DNA of 64,000 nt from Octopus sinensis (lineage: Eukaryota). The stretch covers positions 66,526,001 through 66,590,000 of the forward strand of contig NC_043001.1 in assembly GCF_006345805.1 (NCBI RefSeq), in the 5' to 3' direction. Shown here in pieces: positions 11,386-24,720 of this stretch. The notes under the pieces were generated by a model, which ran no database searches, was not told the DNA's origin, and saw only the letters and a program-made list of their open reading frames with translations. The translations under genes were made by a program, and so were the position numbers. Position 1 is the first letter of the stretch; every line of letters begins with the position of its first letter.

Positions 11386-13200
11386 TAGGGCTGCAGGAAG
11401 AGTTCATGAGCAGCAGAGGATCAAGTGCTGGTAGATAAGGTAATTTTGAGAAACTGCTGGAGAAGGTTGACAAATTTACCAATGGCTTGGATTGACTATA
11501 AGAAAGCATACAATATAGTTTGTCAGTTGTGGATTGTAAAATGCCTGGAGATGGCTGGGGCAGCTAAAAATGTGATATATTTAATCAGAAGCAGTATGAG
11601 AAACTAGAAAAGAGTTTTGACAGCAGATGGAAGGGAAATCGGACAAGTCAACATCAAGAGGGAAATCTTTCACCTCTCTGTTTATTGTTATTATGTTACC
11701 ACTATCTCTGGTATTGAAAAGGATAAGAGCTGTTTAGAAACTAAAAAAAAAAAAATTAGACCAAATTGTGGATGATTTGAAGCTTTATGGAGCTAGCAGA
11801 GGCCAACTGGACTGCTTAGTGAGGCAGTACAAATTTTCTCACATGACATCCAGATGGCATTTTGTTTAGGTAAACACACTGTTCTTGAACTGAGGAGAGA
11901 GTGAAAAGTGGACATAAGTGGAATAGAACTTCCAGATGATGAAAGCATAAGAGAAGCGAATGGAGAAGGTTACAAATATCTTGGTATTTTACATTTAAGC
12001 CAGGTAATGAACACCAAGATGAAAGAAAAGATTTCTTCTGAATATTCTAGAAGAGTGAAAAAGCTATGTAGAGCCAGATTGAATGGAGAAAACCTGATCG
12101 GAGGCACCAACACTTGAACTGTAAAAGTGGTATGCTACTGCATGGGAGCTGTGGAATGGACAAAAGAGGAACTGGTCACTATGGACAGAAAGATTAGGAA
12201 GAAAATTGCTATACATAGGCGCCTTCATACTAGAAGTAATGTGGCAGGGCCTTACCTACCTAGAAAGGAAGGTGGAAGAGGATTGGTTACAAAGGAGACA
12301 AAGCCCTTGCATGCCCATCTTAGAGATAGCAATGAAAGAATATTACAAGTTACACAGAGAAGGTGATCAGTGATAATGATGACAGTCTTCTGAAGTATAA
12401 AATGAGGACTAATGAAGAAAAGATCATCAACTGGCGAAAGAAGGTACTAGATGGAGAGTTTTTCCAACAAACATTGAATGAAGCTGATGAAGAATCTTAG
12501 AAATGGTTAAGACATGGATTTTTAAAGGAGACAGAAAGATTGGCCTTCCTGCTCAAGAACAAACTCAATAAAATTCAGTACTGATAAGACGGCAGAAACA
12601 CATTTGTGTAGATTATGTGAAAAACCATCTGCAACAAACATATAGTTAGTGGATATTCAAAACTGGTTCAAAAGGGGTGCAAAAATGCTGACAAAATAGA
12701 TGTACAAATACACTGGGAGTTGTACAGGAAGCATGGCATAGAATGTCCCAACAAATAGTATGTGCACCAATCTTTGCCAGTAGCAGAGACTGATGATGTG
12801 GAACTCATAAGAGATATGCTGATCTACACTGACAAGAAGTTACAACATCACTAACTAGATACACAAATCTTCAGAAGTAATCCAAAAAGTTGACCTTCAC
12901 TGATGAAGCAATAGACCAGGATATTGCAAAGATAGTGAACGAGAAAGTTGAAAAGTATCCAGACCTAGCACTGGAAGTGAAATGCATGCATAGAGCCTCA
13001 AAAGTGAATGTGATACCTGCGGTGGTCAGTACACTTCGGACCATCTTAAAGAAAGCAATATACTGGCATAAAAAGCTGCAAATACCAAACTTCATAGGAT
13101 GAACACAGTTGGTGATAATACTCAGAATAGCATGCATTGAGGAAAGTATTGTGTTACAAAGCTACAGGAAGGAGTTGAGACATGACATAGAGAACCCAGG
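11385..13200 (+). mobile_element. R4/Dong-clade (RLE-type) non-LTR retrotransposon, decayed, 5'-truncated
   Basis: RT motifs AWIDYKKAY, GYKYLGI, YLPRKEGGRGL, a CCHC remnant, and C-terminal restriction-like endonuclease D..I..K..EK..KY.DLALEV..M....V.VIP.VV. Degenerate (TAA)n downstream. Confidence 0.82.
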
Positions 13201-13638
13201 AAAAAAGGATGATAATAAAAAGGACAATAATAATTAAAGTAATTATGAAATTATTGTATACATGATGATAATTCATGCTACAAAATTAAGGTTTTAATAT
13301 CAAATACAAAAGGGTAGAAAAATTATTGAAACAGCAAATAACAGATAACCTACTTTAATCCAAATTATTAGATTTTATTATTTCCTTTAATACATTGACA
13401 GATAAGCTGGATCAAGCATTGGGAAAATATTTCTTTGTGCACATTAACATTGTACAAGTCATGTTGTTTACATTCAATTTTGCTGAGAAACATGTCTGGC
13501 CATGAGAAATATTACCATATTTGGAAACAAGTGAGGGTTGGTGGTAGGAAAAGCATCTGGTTATAGGAAATCTGCCTCAACAACTTCCATCTGCCCCATG
13601 CAAGTTTGAAAAAGTGAACTTAAATGATGATGCTAATG

Positions 13639-13685
<47 letters not shown>

Positions 13686-13689
13686 ATAT

Positions 13690-13815
13690 CATCATCATCA
13701 TTTTACATCCTCCTTCCATGCTGGCATGGGTTGGATGGTTTGACAGGAGCTGGCGAGCAAGGAGCCTGTGCCATGCTTCTGTGTTGGTTTTGGTATGGTT
13801 TTTATAGCTAGACGC
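13690..13815 (-). mobile_element. RTE 3'-tail fragment with (GAT)n tail
   Basis: (cat)n followed by ccatgctggcatgggttggatggtt, the same family as 14264-14917. Confidence 0.7.
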
Positions 13816-14263
13816 CCTTAGATCCAAGGATCAATGTGTAGGAAGATAGTAAGCTTTGAGCAGTCTGTAGAGAGTATAAAAGACAACTTTCAGGAACAAT
13901 AGTGGTTTATTGACACAGAAGGTTGTAAATTATTCCCATATCGAAGTTCAATAAGCTGAAAAAATTGTTTTATAGCTTATGGTTAGCAGCAGGGGTTGCT
14001 GTGTATGTGATTAGAAATCCAAAATTAGGGAATGGAGTAGTTAAAATCCAAGATATAAGTGCTTCATAGCTAGCAGAAGCTCGGAAGTAGTAATTTGGCT
14101 TGATGAGTAGGTAGCAGATTACCCCTCATTTAGATAATTACTGCTTCTGAGGTCCTGCCAGCTATGCAACATACGTAGCTTGGATTTTATCTACTCCATT
14201 CCCTAATTTTGGATATATATATATATATATATATATAATATGTTATATATATATTATATTTTG

Positions 14264-14917
14264 GAAGTATGCTGTGCATGGAAGTATGCTGTGCGTGAGA
14301 AGACCTGGCAGGACAAGTGAGGCCATAATCCCGTGGCCTCTACTTGGGATGTAGCCAGCCCACTTATGCATTCCTTTCCTTCTTGTGACACAAAGCTCCA
14401 CTTGTGAAGACCTGTTGAGGCAAGTGAAAATCAAAATCATATTCGATCAACATCAATGGAATTTGTAGCTGTGATACCAGTGCCAGTAGCACATAAGAGA
14501 ACCATCCGAACGTGGCCATAGCCAGCACCGCCCTGACTGGCCTCTGTGCCGGTGGCATGTAAAAAGCACCATCCGATTCGTGGCCATTGCCAGCTTCATC
14601 TGGTCTCCGTGCTGGTGGCACGTAAAAAGCACCATCCGATTCGTGGCCGTTGCCAGCTTCGTCTGGTCTCCGTGCCGGTGGCATGTAAAAAGCACCATCT
14701 GATCATGGCTGTTTGCCAGCCTCGTCTGGCATCTGTGCCGGTGGCACGTAAAAAGCACCCACTACACTCACAGAGTGGTTGGTGTTAGGAATGGCATCCA
14801 GCTGTAGAAACACTACCAGATCAGACTGGGCCTGGTGCAGCCTTCTGGCTTCCCAGACCCCAGTTGGACCGTCCAACCCATGCTAGCATGGAAAGCGGAC
14901 GTTAAACGATGATGATG
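14264..14917 (+). mobile_element. RTE LINE 3' end with internal tandem repeat of about 63 bp and (GAT)n tail
   Basis: ORF-end remnant gagaagacctggcagg, four units starting at 14501, 14568, 14631, 14694, and tail ccatgctagcatggaaagcggacgttaaacgatgatgatg. Colinear with the RTE at 42770-43560. Confidence 0.85.
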
Positions 14918-15824
14918 TGTATGTGTGTATATGTATGTATATGACAAGCTGCCTAGTATTAGCCATAGTATGTTACTGAGGAAAGATGACATATTTTAGC
15001 TGCAGATTTAGAATATTTGTTTACATAACAGCTACTTTGTCCTAGATATGTGGGCAGTAAAGTAGTTCAGGACACACTTGTACCTTATATAGAGTTGGCA
15101 GCTGCCTCAATTTACTGTATTATGTACAAGTTGAAGCAGACCAAAATGTATGAGACATGCAAGTAAAAGTTCTTGGGTGATGTAATGAAACTTTATATAT
15201 TTGGTTCATGATATGTCAACATTTTGCCGCTGTGACTTAGGAATCAGGTTTCTTAGGAAATCAACTACTGTCATCAACTGAAAATGTCAAACCATTATTT
15301 TTCTTTTCTTTTTCACCAGCAGTGATTCATATTTACAGTAAATTTAAACTGTGGTTTCTGTACTTATTTTATTGATTAGATGTTAATATTTGTAGTTAAT
15401 TCTCAAACAATTGACCTTTTTTTTTTTATAAAGTTGTTCTATTAATCATTCATTGACTTAACAATCAACTTAATTATCACAAACAACTAATTGGTCATGA
15501 TTTTCAACTTTTGTAGCATTTTGAGAACAAGCAAAAGGCAATAAATGATTTAAATGTTTAGATATATATTGCCCAACCACATGGTTTGCAGTTCAATCCC
15601 ACCATGTGGCACATTGGGCAGATGTCTTCTACTGTAGACTTGGCCAACCAAACTATGTGAATGAATTTGGGAGATGGACACTGAAAAAAAGCCCATTGTA
15701 AATATATGAATCAACTCTAGTATTTATTTTTAAGCCTGGAATTATTCTGTCAGTCTCCTTTGCTGAACCAGTAATGTAAATACACCAACATGAGTTATCA
15801 AGTGCTAGTGGGGTACAAACATAG

Positions 15825-15860
<36 letters not shown>

Positions 15861-16059
15861 CACACACACGCATTCACTCACACACACACACCCACACACG
15901 CACCACAGGCTTCTTTAGTTTCCGTCTACCATGTGTTTGGGCTAAATTTGATGATTTTTTAATGTCTCTTTTTTGGGAAGTAGCTTGATGTATTAATGAA
16001 CAATCAATGGTATTTGTGAATATAAAGATTAAGCTGTAGTTGAGAAATAGCTAGCTGAC

Positions 16060-16660
16060 ATGGCGGACTGGAAGCCATCTGAATATTTGAAAAGAGTTAC
16101 CTGTATTATGAGGATTTGCACCAGGCAGTCCCACATCCGTAAACAGGGCTTTAGACTCAATTCAGACTGCTATGTAAAGCTACTGAAAACTGTACTCAAG
16201 CCCTAGTTGGAAAAAGTTGCTGCAGGAAGGCCATATGAGTAATACCAAGATTCAGCTCCTTGCCATACCTCTGTAAAGAGCCATAAGTGGTTGTTAGAGA
16301 ATCTCCATGACTTCACCAACCCCAATTTCTGGCTTCCTATTTCTCATTGTAATCCTGTGGATTACTATGTGTGGGGCACAGTTAAGAAAGATACCAACCA
16401 CTCTGCCTGAAATGCCAAGGCTGAGCTGCTGGCCAAGATGAAGATGTCTGAAGACTTTCCCAAGTACACAGTGAGGAATGCGTGCACCAGATTCCAGAGC
16501 CATCTTAGGCTGTGGTGGAAGCTGATGGCAGTGAATAAACTGTTATCGCCCAGATATAATCTAGTTGATATTCTTTGACGTTTTAAAATACTTTTTATAT
16601 ATGGAAAGGTATTGTATTTCTATTCTTTTTATGCAATCTTTCAAATCTAACCTGAACACC
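16060..16660 (+). mobile_element. Tc1/mariner (maT/DD37D-like) transposase C-terminal remnant
   Basis: YQDSAPCHTS.KSHKWL.EN..F..PNFW...CNPVDYYVWG..ACTRFQ..L.AVVEADG. Possible right-TIR remnant acaccctata at about 16650-16660. Confidence 0.75.
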
Positions 16661-17349
16661 CTATATATGTGTTTATAATGAGTAATACCAGCTGAATCCA
16701 GCTTAAGCAACTCCTTATAGTTAGTTTCCTTGCACGAGAGCCATTCAATTTGTCGGGTTGCCATTTTGGAAAAAAACTTCAGAAGAACCACTTTAACAGG
16801 TAGCAACATAGATCTCATCTTGATTTCGTATGATTATGGCCATTAAAGGAAAAGCTTTCCACATCTAACTGAAGAAAAATCAAGGGACATTATTTCAAAA
16901 AATAAAGTTTGAAAGGAAAGTGTGGGAACAGAAATTTAACATACACACGAAAAGATAAAATTTATATGAAATAGATGACTCAGTCAATACAATAAAGAAA
17001 GTTGGAGGAGAAAGAGGTTATCACATGGGTGTTGGTGTAAATTCTTTTAGACTCGAAGTTTATTGATGTTCTCATAATTTGTAAATTAAGGGTAGATAGA
17101 AAGCAGATTCAAAATGTCATGGAGTGTCTAGATTGATTAATGAACCTATACAGAAATATTTCTATTGTAGAAGGATTCCAACCACCCCCATGTAACTAAA
17201 AGTAGACTGAGATATTTCTATTAAATAGACTACTATTGGGCTGTCAGCAGTTCGTATTTGTAGCAATTCACTGTGAGCCTTTGATATAGAGCCTTGAGTC
17301 TTATGCAATAGTAATAGTGGTGTTTCTTCCCACCTGTTTTGTTATGTTA

Positions 17350-18200
17350 TATCAGGCTGAGTAAAAAGTAAGCAACGTTTTGAAATATGAAATTCATCAT
17401 AATATATTTCAACAATGTGGAAATTTTATTCATCAAAGTAAGTACCATTACAATCAACACATTTTTGCCAATGAATGACAAATTTGTTTATTCCAGTAAC
17501 ATAAAAATCTGGAGTTCTGGAGCTGAAGATCTTTTTGAATGCACTTTCAGCATTAGTTTGATTTTAAAACTCCTTCACTCACAGGAAACTATCAAGGTGC
17601 TTGAAAAAGTGGTAGTCCATGGCAGAAAAGTCTAGGGAATAAGCTGGGTGGAAAAGAACTTTGTAGTCAAGTTTCCTCAACTTCTAGAGCATCATTAATG
17701 GAATGTGTGGTTGAGCATTGTCATGAAGAATGACTGACCGTCTTCTGTCAACCAGTTTGGGATGGAGGAGTTTTTCGTTCCTTTTGGTAATTTCATGGCA
17801 ATATGTTTCTGCAGTAATAGTGTCCCTGAGTTTTAATAAGTTATAGTGGATGAGTCTAGCAGTACACCATCAACCAGTCACCATAAGCTTCTTTTTGAAG
17901 AGCTTGGATTTAGGGAAAGTCTTTGGTGCTTCATTTTGGTCCAACCACCATGAATAATGTTTTTCATTATTGTATAGAATCCATTTTTCATCACAAGTTA
18001 CAATACGGCTGATAAATGGATTGGTCTGGTGATGGAGAAGAAGCGACGAGCAAATTTTATATCTGCGCATTTTCTGATTTTCATTCAAATCGTGTGGTAC
18101 CCAATTGTCAAACTTTTTTGGGTTTTTGATCACATGCAAATGGTTGCAAGCAGTTTTCTGGCTAACTTGAAGTTCTTTTGCCAGTTGTAAAAGTTGGTTT
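17350..18200 (-). mobile_element. Mariner fragment with one TIR
   Basis: WVPHDL, IVTCDEKWILY (17870-18139). TIR-like tatcaggctgagtaaaaagtaagcaacg at 17350. Confidence 0.85.
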
Positions 18201-18211
18201 GAGAAAAAAGT

Positions 18212-18800
18212 ATGACTTCTTTAAGAAAGTTATCCCCTGCAAAGCATGAAAAATATAGTAATTATATTCTGCTAAAGAAGCCAGATGAGATTTTTTTCCA
18301 TGAAACAATTAATATTTTATTGAAAAATTTCTGTGAAAGAAGTTCCTTGTTCAATACTCACTGGCAATGTTTAAATTTGGTCAAAAAGGATGATGAAGAT
18401 TTTGTCACCTATGCCAGAATGGTTAACAGACAGTGTGAGAAATTCAAATTGAATGAGTTGACCCCAGACATGTTCCGGGGCTTACTGCAAACAGATGCAG
18501 AAATACGTTCCCAGATATTAACAAAATTAGAACAGGACTAAAATTTAACTCTGTAGGCAGTAGTAGAAGAATGTCAGAGGATTATTAATCTACAAACATG
18601 ATGCAAATAAAATTGAAGAGAAAGATTGTTCTCAGATTCAAGCTTGTTAACCGGTAGCGAATAAGAAACAAGAGTAAAATAATGTCAAGACTGAATCCAT
18701 GTTATGGGTGCAATGGTCTACATTTTAAAAATGACTGTCCATTTAAAAATATAAAATGCTACAAGTGTGGTAAAATAGGTTATGAAGGACAGAACCTAAA
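18212..18800 (+). mobile_element. Ty3/Gypsy gag fragment
   Basis: SLFN.RWQCLNL.K.D.EDF.TYA..VN.QCE.F-like motif, then two zinc knuckles (CYGCNGLHFKNDC; CYKCGKIGY). Confidence 0.8.
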
Positions 18801-18829
18801 AAACAGTTCAACAGAAAAAAATCATGTGC

Positions 18830-19590
18830 TCAATATGTAGAAAAGGTGTTGGTAGAAATTCCATACGGTGTACCGAGTGCAAGCTATGGACACATGAAAG
18901 TGCAATGGAATACAGGAAGGTTAACAGAGAAAATAGTCTTTGTATGATGTGCAGGTACAATAAGCACTAAGAATGTACAGTAAATAAACATCCTTAAATA
19001 TCCAGGAGGGTCCTTAGAGGTAGTAAATAGATACCATTACTTAGGAGAGAAAATTAGCAGTAGTAGTGTGTAGTTGCTAGAATAAGAACCAGTTAAGCAA
19101 AATTCAAAGAGCTATTACTTGTCTTGGTAACAAAGATCCTCTTCCTCAGAGTGAAAGGCAGAGTGTATGCTGCCTGTGTATGGACAGCTATGCTATATGA
19201 CAGTAAAACATGGACCATAACTATAGAGGACATGTGAAGGCTTGAAAGAAATGAAAACAGCATGCTCTGCTGGATCTACAGTGTCAGTATGCATGTATGA
19301 CAAAGCATAAATGATGTAAGAGAAACATTGGGTATAAGAGGCATCAGATGAAGGGTGCAAAAAAAGAAAATTATGCTGGTATGGACATGTGATGCATATG
19401 GATAAGGACAGTTGCATAAAGAAGTGCTGATCTCTAATTATGGAAGAGGAAGATATGGGGCAAAATGGTGAGAAAGGATCTTCAGATACTGAGCTTCACA
19501 GAGGAGATGACAAAGAACTAAGACAACTGGTGATTTGCTGTATTTGAGAAAACCTGTCCAGCTAAGTAAATTTAAGGCCATATAGGCATG
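18830..19590 (+). mobile_element. RTE LINE 3' coding fragment
   Basis: CRKGVGRNSIRCTECKLWTH, PGGSLEVVN..YLG, RVYAACV..AMLY.S, and WYGHV..MDKDSC.KKC. Confidence 0.8.
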
Positions 19591-20540
19591 TCCTTTATGT
19601 CCAAGCTCCACTCCCACACACAATCTATCCCCATCAAAAGTACCCACAAGCTATCTTCTGTACATCCTCTACCCCCACCCATGATCACCACCTGCTGTGT
19701 TACCCCTCCACTCTCCCTCATGTGCCTACCTGGACACAATTTTTCTCAATGCCCTCACATATCTACCTTAGCCCCACTCAAGCCACTTGTATATCTCTCA
19801 CCATCACTTGCTATAGTCACCTCCTCTCTATTTCTCTTCATACTCTTATGAAACATCCCTCTCTATTCCTCACTGCTTCACTCACCCTGTCCAATCCTCT
19901 GTACCACTTCACTTATATTAAACTCTCCCTCACTGTACCTGAGGATATGTCCCAACACATGTCCACCACCATCTATTTTCCCCACTCTTCTCTTTCTCTC
20001 TAACTCTGTCTCTTTTCTCTCCTTTCTTTTTCAACTGGAGTAGCCAAGCATCCCCTCTATTGCAAGACACCTATCTCTATCCCTCTATTATACTTTTATC
20101 TCTTAACTGGCATAAAGCCACTTCCCTCAATACTATTCCAGTTCCCTAGTTGAGGGGTCTTTATCTTGCAGGTTACCTGGTGACCGTGCTGGTGCTGGTG
20201 CCAAGTAGAAAGCACCCAGTACACTCAGTTAAGTAGTTAGCATTAGGAAGGGCTTCCAACCATAGAAACCACACTAATGCAGAAAATAATGCCAAGTGCA
20301 GTTTTCTGGCTTGTGGCTCCTGTCAAACTGTCCAACTTATGCTAGCATAGAAAACAAATGTTAAAGGAAAACAATGATGGTGATGTTAAATATATATGGT
20401 TTAGAAGTTTATTTCTCAACCTAGTGGTTCTAGGTTCAGTCCCTTGGGCAAGCACCTTCTATATAGCTTCAGTTCAACCAAAGCCTTGTAATTGGACTTG
20501 GTAGACAGAAACTTAAGAAACTAAAAGAAGCCCATCATAT

Positions 20541-20770
20541 ACTCTTTTACTCTTTTAATTGTTTCAGTCATTTGACTGCGGCCATGCTGGAGCACCGCCT
20601 TTAGTTGAGCAACTCGACCCCGGGACTTATTCTTTGTAAGCCCAGTACTTATTCTATCGGTCTCTTTTGCCGAACCGCTGAGTTACGGGGACATAAACAC
20701 ACCAGCATCGGTTGTCAAGCAATGCTAGGGGGACAAACACAGACACACAAACATACACGCACACACACAT
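20541..20770 (-). mobile_element. SINE 3' half (same family as 9600-10420)
   Basis: Tail ggcggtgctccagcatggccgcagtcaaatgactgaaacaa on the minus strand. An oppositely oriented degenerate SINE head lies at about 20400-20540. Confidence 0.85.
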
Positions 20771-21062
20771 ATATATATACATATATAAAAGTATATAAGT
20801 ATATGTGTGCATATATATACTAACACAGATTGTATATATACAATAGCACAGATGGATTGAGGGTCACTGCAACCATTTCAGGTATGTTCTTTATTGATGA
20901 ATAAAACAATTATATCATGTAAAAAAACCGTTTTCTTCTGGTGAATTAAGAATAAAATTTAACACTTAGGATTCTTCACATAAATAGGAGATAATGCATA
21001 TTGACCCTTCCATCTTATTTACATCTGAGAAAGTGAATAGTGAGCACTATTTCAAAGTATAT

Positions 21063-21530
21063 ATATGAGGGGTGTTCATTAAAGATTTCCCCTGTCTCAC
21101 TTCCTAATAACTGGGATAAATGAAAACTTGGCATAATTATTAGACCTTCTCTACATAGCCACCACCAATGGTGACACGCTTTTCCCATCGCTTAATGCAG
21201 TTGTGAAGACCTCGTATGTAGAAGTCAGTAGGATGCATCTGGAGCCAAGACTTTACCTTGCAAATAAGTTCATCATCATCCGATAAGTGCTTCCCCTTCA
21301 TAAAAGACTTCAAAGCTGGAAAGAGGTGGGAGTCAGATGGTGCAAGACTGGGAGAGTAAGGGGGGTGAGGAAGAACTTCATAGCTGCAAGAGCGTGCTTT
21401 CATCTGGGCAACATGAGCATTGTGAACTGGGGCATCGTCTTGGAGGAGTAATAAAGATGTATTTGGTCAGTACTTCTGAATGTGTGCATAACTGGAAGGA
21501 CAAATTCATATTTACTTTAGTGAGTACATA
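21063..21530 (-). mobile_element. Mariner 3' fragment with one TIR
   Basis: LPHPPYSPSLAPSDSHLFPALK..CIKRWEK.V..GGGYVEK*. TIR-like tatatgaggggtgttcattaa at about 21063. Confidence 0.88.
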
Positions 21531-21633
21531 TATGCCCTTACACATTGTTAGTTCACAGGTGTGCTATCCCTGACTCTAACTTGGTGCCTTTACTATTTAA
21601 ATACTCTGATTCTATCAGATCCTGGAAATTTAA

Positions 21634-21664
<31 letters not shown>

Positions 21665-21899
21665 GTATACCTCTGACGTTATATCCTATAATGTTTTTTT
21701 TTAAACAATATTAATAGCGTTCAGTTAATCACTATACATATCCATCATTTTCTGTTAAAATGTCTTATTGACGAGTTTCATTTCTTCACTTCCCTGAAGA
21801 GAAGATTACATTGTTTTACACCATTTTATTGCTTTGGAATAATACCAGTGATATCTTCGAAACACGTGTCGGAAGTAAAAGAATTTGAATAACACCTGC

Positions 21900-21947
<48 letters not shown>

Positions 21948-22004
21948 GTATATATATATATATAGGTGTACGTACATATAGTGTCTATAACATATGCATC
22001 CTCA

Positions 22005-22620
22005 GTACACTACTTTATGGCAGCGTGACATGGAACCTCCTCTCCAGACAGGAACGGCATCTCAACACCTTCCCCCTTCATAATTTGAGATACATCTTGG
22101 ATATCAAGTGGGTCAACTGCATCACGAACACCAAAGTTCTCAGCTGTGCCAACATTCCCAGTATATTCACTCTACACTGTCTGCACTGGTTCAGTCATGA
22201 ATATCACATGCCAGATTGGAGGATCCCAAAAGACCTCCTGTTTGAGGAAATGGCTACAGGCACAAGAGCATGAAGTTGACCTAATCTTCATTTCAAAGAC
22301 ATCTACAAGAGAGGTGTGAAGTCAATAGATCCGAGCATTCTGAGATGGGAGGAAGTTGCAAATACTTTGAAAGGGGATAAAGTGAGGGTAAGAGAAACAG
22401 GAACTTGCCACCAAAGAAAACTGCACTTGACAAAAGGAAAAACCAGTAGCACTGGTAAAGAGCTTCTTCAAATACAGTCGCTATATGCATGACTGCCACT
22501 CTCATGTGGACCTTTACAGCCACAGCAGCCACTGCACCATCATCATCAGCTGACACAATTTGTCTGGGTGCAGATCCATGGTCTCTTGAAACCAATGGAT
22601 GCTTACTGATGTACATACAA
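22005..22620 (+). mobile_element. RTE (BovB-like) LINE 3' fragment
   Basis: YGSVTW..RQERHLNTF....LRYIL.IKW...ITN..VL..A.IPSI...MPD.RIPKDLLF.E.ATG.R. Confidence 0.8.
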
Positions 22621-22849
22621 GCATACCTATGTATGCTTGTGTGTGTGTGGGGAGGTAGAAAGAGAGCATCTCAAGGTAAGACAGCCAAGTCTATGTTTAC
22701 TTTGTTTCTGATTGCCAGAACATGTTCCATCTCTAGTTTATGGTTGAGTAGGTAGTAGTTAGAAAGCAATCAACTGTTAAAGGAATAGTCTGTAACAGTA
22801 ATATTAGAAGAGATATAAAAAATCCCTTCTGGTTGTCTTCCAAAACAGC

Positions 22850-23395
22850 CTGTAACAGCAGTAAAAGTTGGTTATCAAAGTGAATTGGCACAAAGTGGCC
22901 GTGAAACAGTAGTAAGAGTTGGTTACAATGGTGATTTGGCACAAAATGAATGGCAACACATGTTTGTTATCAAGGTGAATTAGAACACAGTATCTGTAAC
23001 ACAGCAACGAACATTAGTTAGCCAGGTGAATTAGAAAAATACATAACACAGCTATAATTTACTTGGTTAACCAATATTTATTGCTGTGTTGCCATTCCCT
23101 TTGTGTTATATCACTGTTCTAATAAACTCTTGGTGCTGTTACACATCCTCTTTGTGCCAGTTCACCTGGATAACCAACTTTTATTGTTGTGTTACAGCTC
23201 TTTGTCCTAATTCAAGTTGCTAACTAACATTTATTCCTGTGTTATAGTTACTCTGGTCTAATTTACCTGGCTAACTAACTTTTATTGCCAGGCTAGCATT
23301 GATTGTTAGCTAATTCATCTGGCTAACTTTTATTGCAGTCTTACCATTCATTTTGTTCTAATTCAGCTGGCTAACCAACTTTTATTGCAGTTACA
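22850..23395. repeat. Degenerate tandem array (about 50-bp unit) that inverts orientation at about 23055 (foldback)
   Basis: Forward units taaaagttggttatcaaagtgaattggcacaaag (22862, 22914, about 22962, about 23012). Reverse units tttgtgccagttcacctggataaccaacttttatt (about 23150, 23200, 23257, 23310, 23357). Confidence 0.8.
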
Positions 23396-24720
23396 GTCAC
23401 TTTTTAAAATGACGAGTGACTTTGCATTTTGAGACATTTTCATTTTCTATTCTAAACTTTTTTGTTAGAGTTGATTACCTTGCAAACTGCTATTTACTCA
23501 ATCATAAACTAGGTACACAATATATTTTGACAATAGGAAGGAAACCTAACCTAGAGACTCTCACTCTGTGTTTCTTTCTTCTGTTTTTGTCTTTCTCTCT
23601 ATCTATCTATGTGCATACAAGCATACTCACCCAGGCATAAAATCTCTCATACACCGAAATGTTAGCAACAGAAAGGACATCTGGCTGTAGAAAATCTGTG
23701 TCAATGAATTCTATCTGACCCATGCAAGCATGGAAATGTAGACATTAAAATGATAGTTTTGATTATTATGATGATGATGATGAATGGAAAACAATTTCAG
23801 GCTAACTGTTCTGAATCTCATTCATACAAGTGATATCTGGAAAGTGTTGAAAACCTCTTGAAATGTATCACTGCTAAGATTTTGATTAACATTCAATTGT
23901 GATTTTGTCTTTCAAACTTTTAGTTTAGTAATTGAGATATAATCAAAATATAAAGAATAACTTGGTCATGAAGCGCTAACCTAACAGGATGTCATTTGGT
24001 TTGAATCCTGCAAGGGCTACGTATTTCTCTGTAAGAAACTTGTAATAGACTATCTCGACAAGATAGAACACATAATTGCTTAATGAAATGGAGACTAGGA
24101 TATAAGTAAGCTTCAGTACTTAAGAACATTACCACTTTCTCTGGGCTCTACTGTTTTCTTTTACAACATGGTCTGTCTAACCAATAGTGAAGAAATGTAA
24201 TGTCACAACATATATCTTAATGAATATCTGATTTACAAGTTTTCAAGGTCCTTTAAGCTTAAGGCTTAACTTACATTGGAGAAGCATTATATATTATAGT
24301 AAGAGCTATCATCATCTATTTCATACAGTTGGTATAAATATAAGCTGGACAATGACTTAATTATTTATTAGATAACATCGTGGAAGAGTTATTCTAGTAA
24401 TTTCAAAACATACAAAAACTGCTACATTCTATCTAGTGTTCTTGTATTTTTAAATGACTAAAATTATTTTCTGCGATATTTCTTTTAGATTTAAACACAC
24501 GGCTTTAGATCAAGTCAAACAAATACAGCTCTGAAATAAACAAACAAAAAAAAAATTCTTTTTTAATTTTTATTTTTAATTCAGGGAAATTTAATCAAAA
24601 TATAAAGTATATCTTAAATTGGTTAAATTCCTCGAAGGAATCAGAATGTTTCTATTAATGTTGTTTGAAAAGGAAGAAAAAATTAACAGTAATTTAAAAC
24701 CGAATAATAAAGTTTTCCGT

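Noticed and set aside
14501-14760. CRISPR-like array
   Set aside because: The units are contiguous near-identical repeats with no unique spacers and lie within an RTE 3' UTR; there are no cas genes and the DNA is eukaryotic.
19600-20180. Pyrimidine-rich block with ORFs of 70-90 aa
   Set aside because: It looks like a degenerate interspersed repeat, but no family or protein motif could be assigned.
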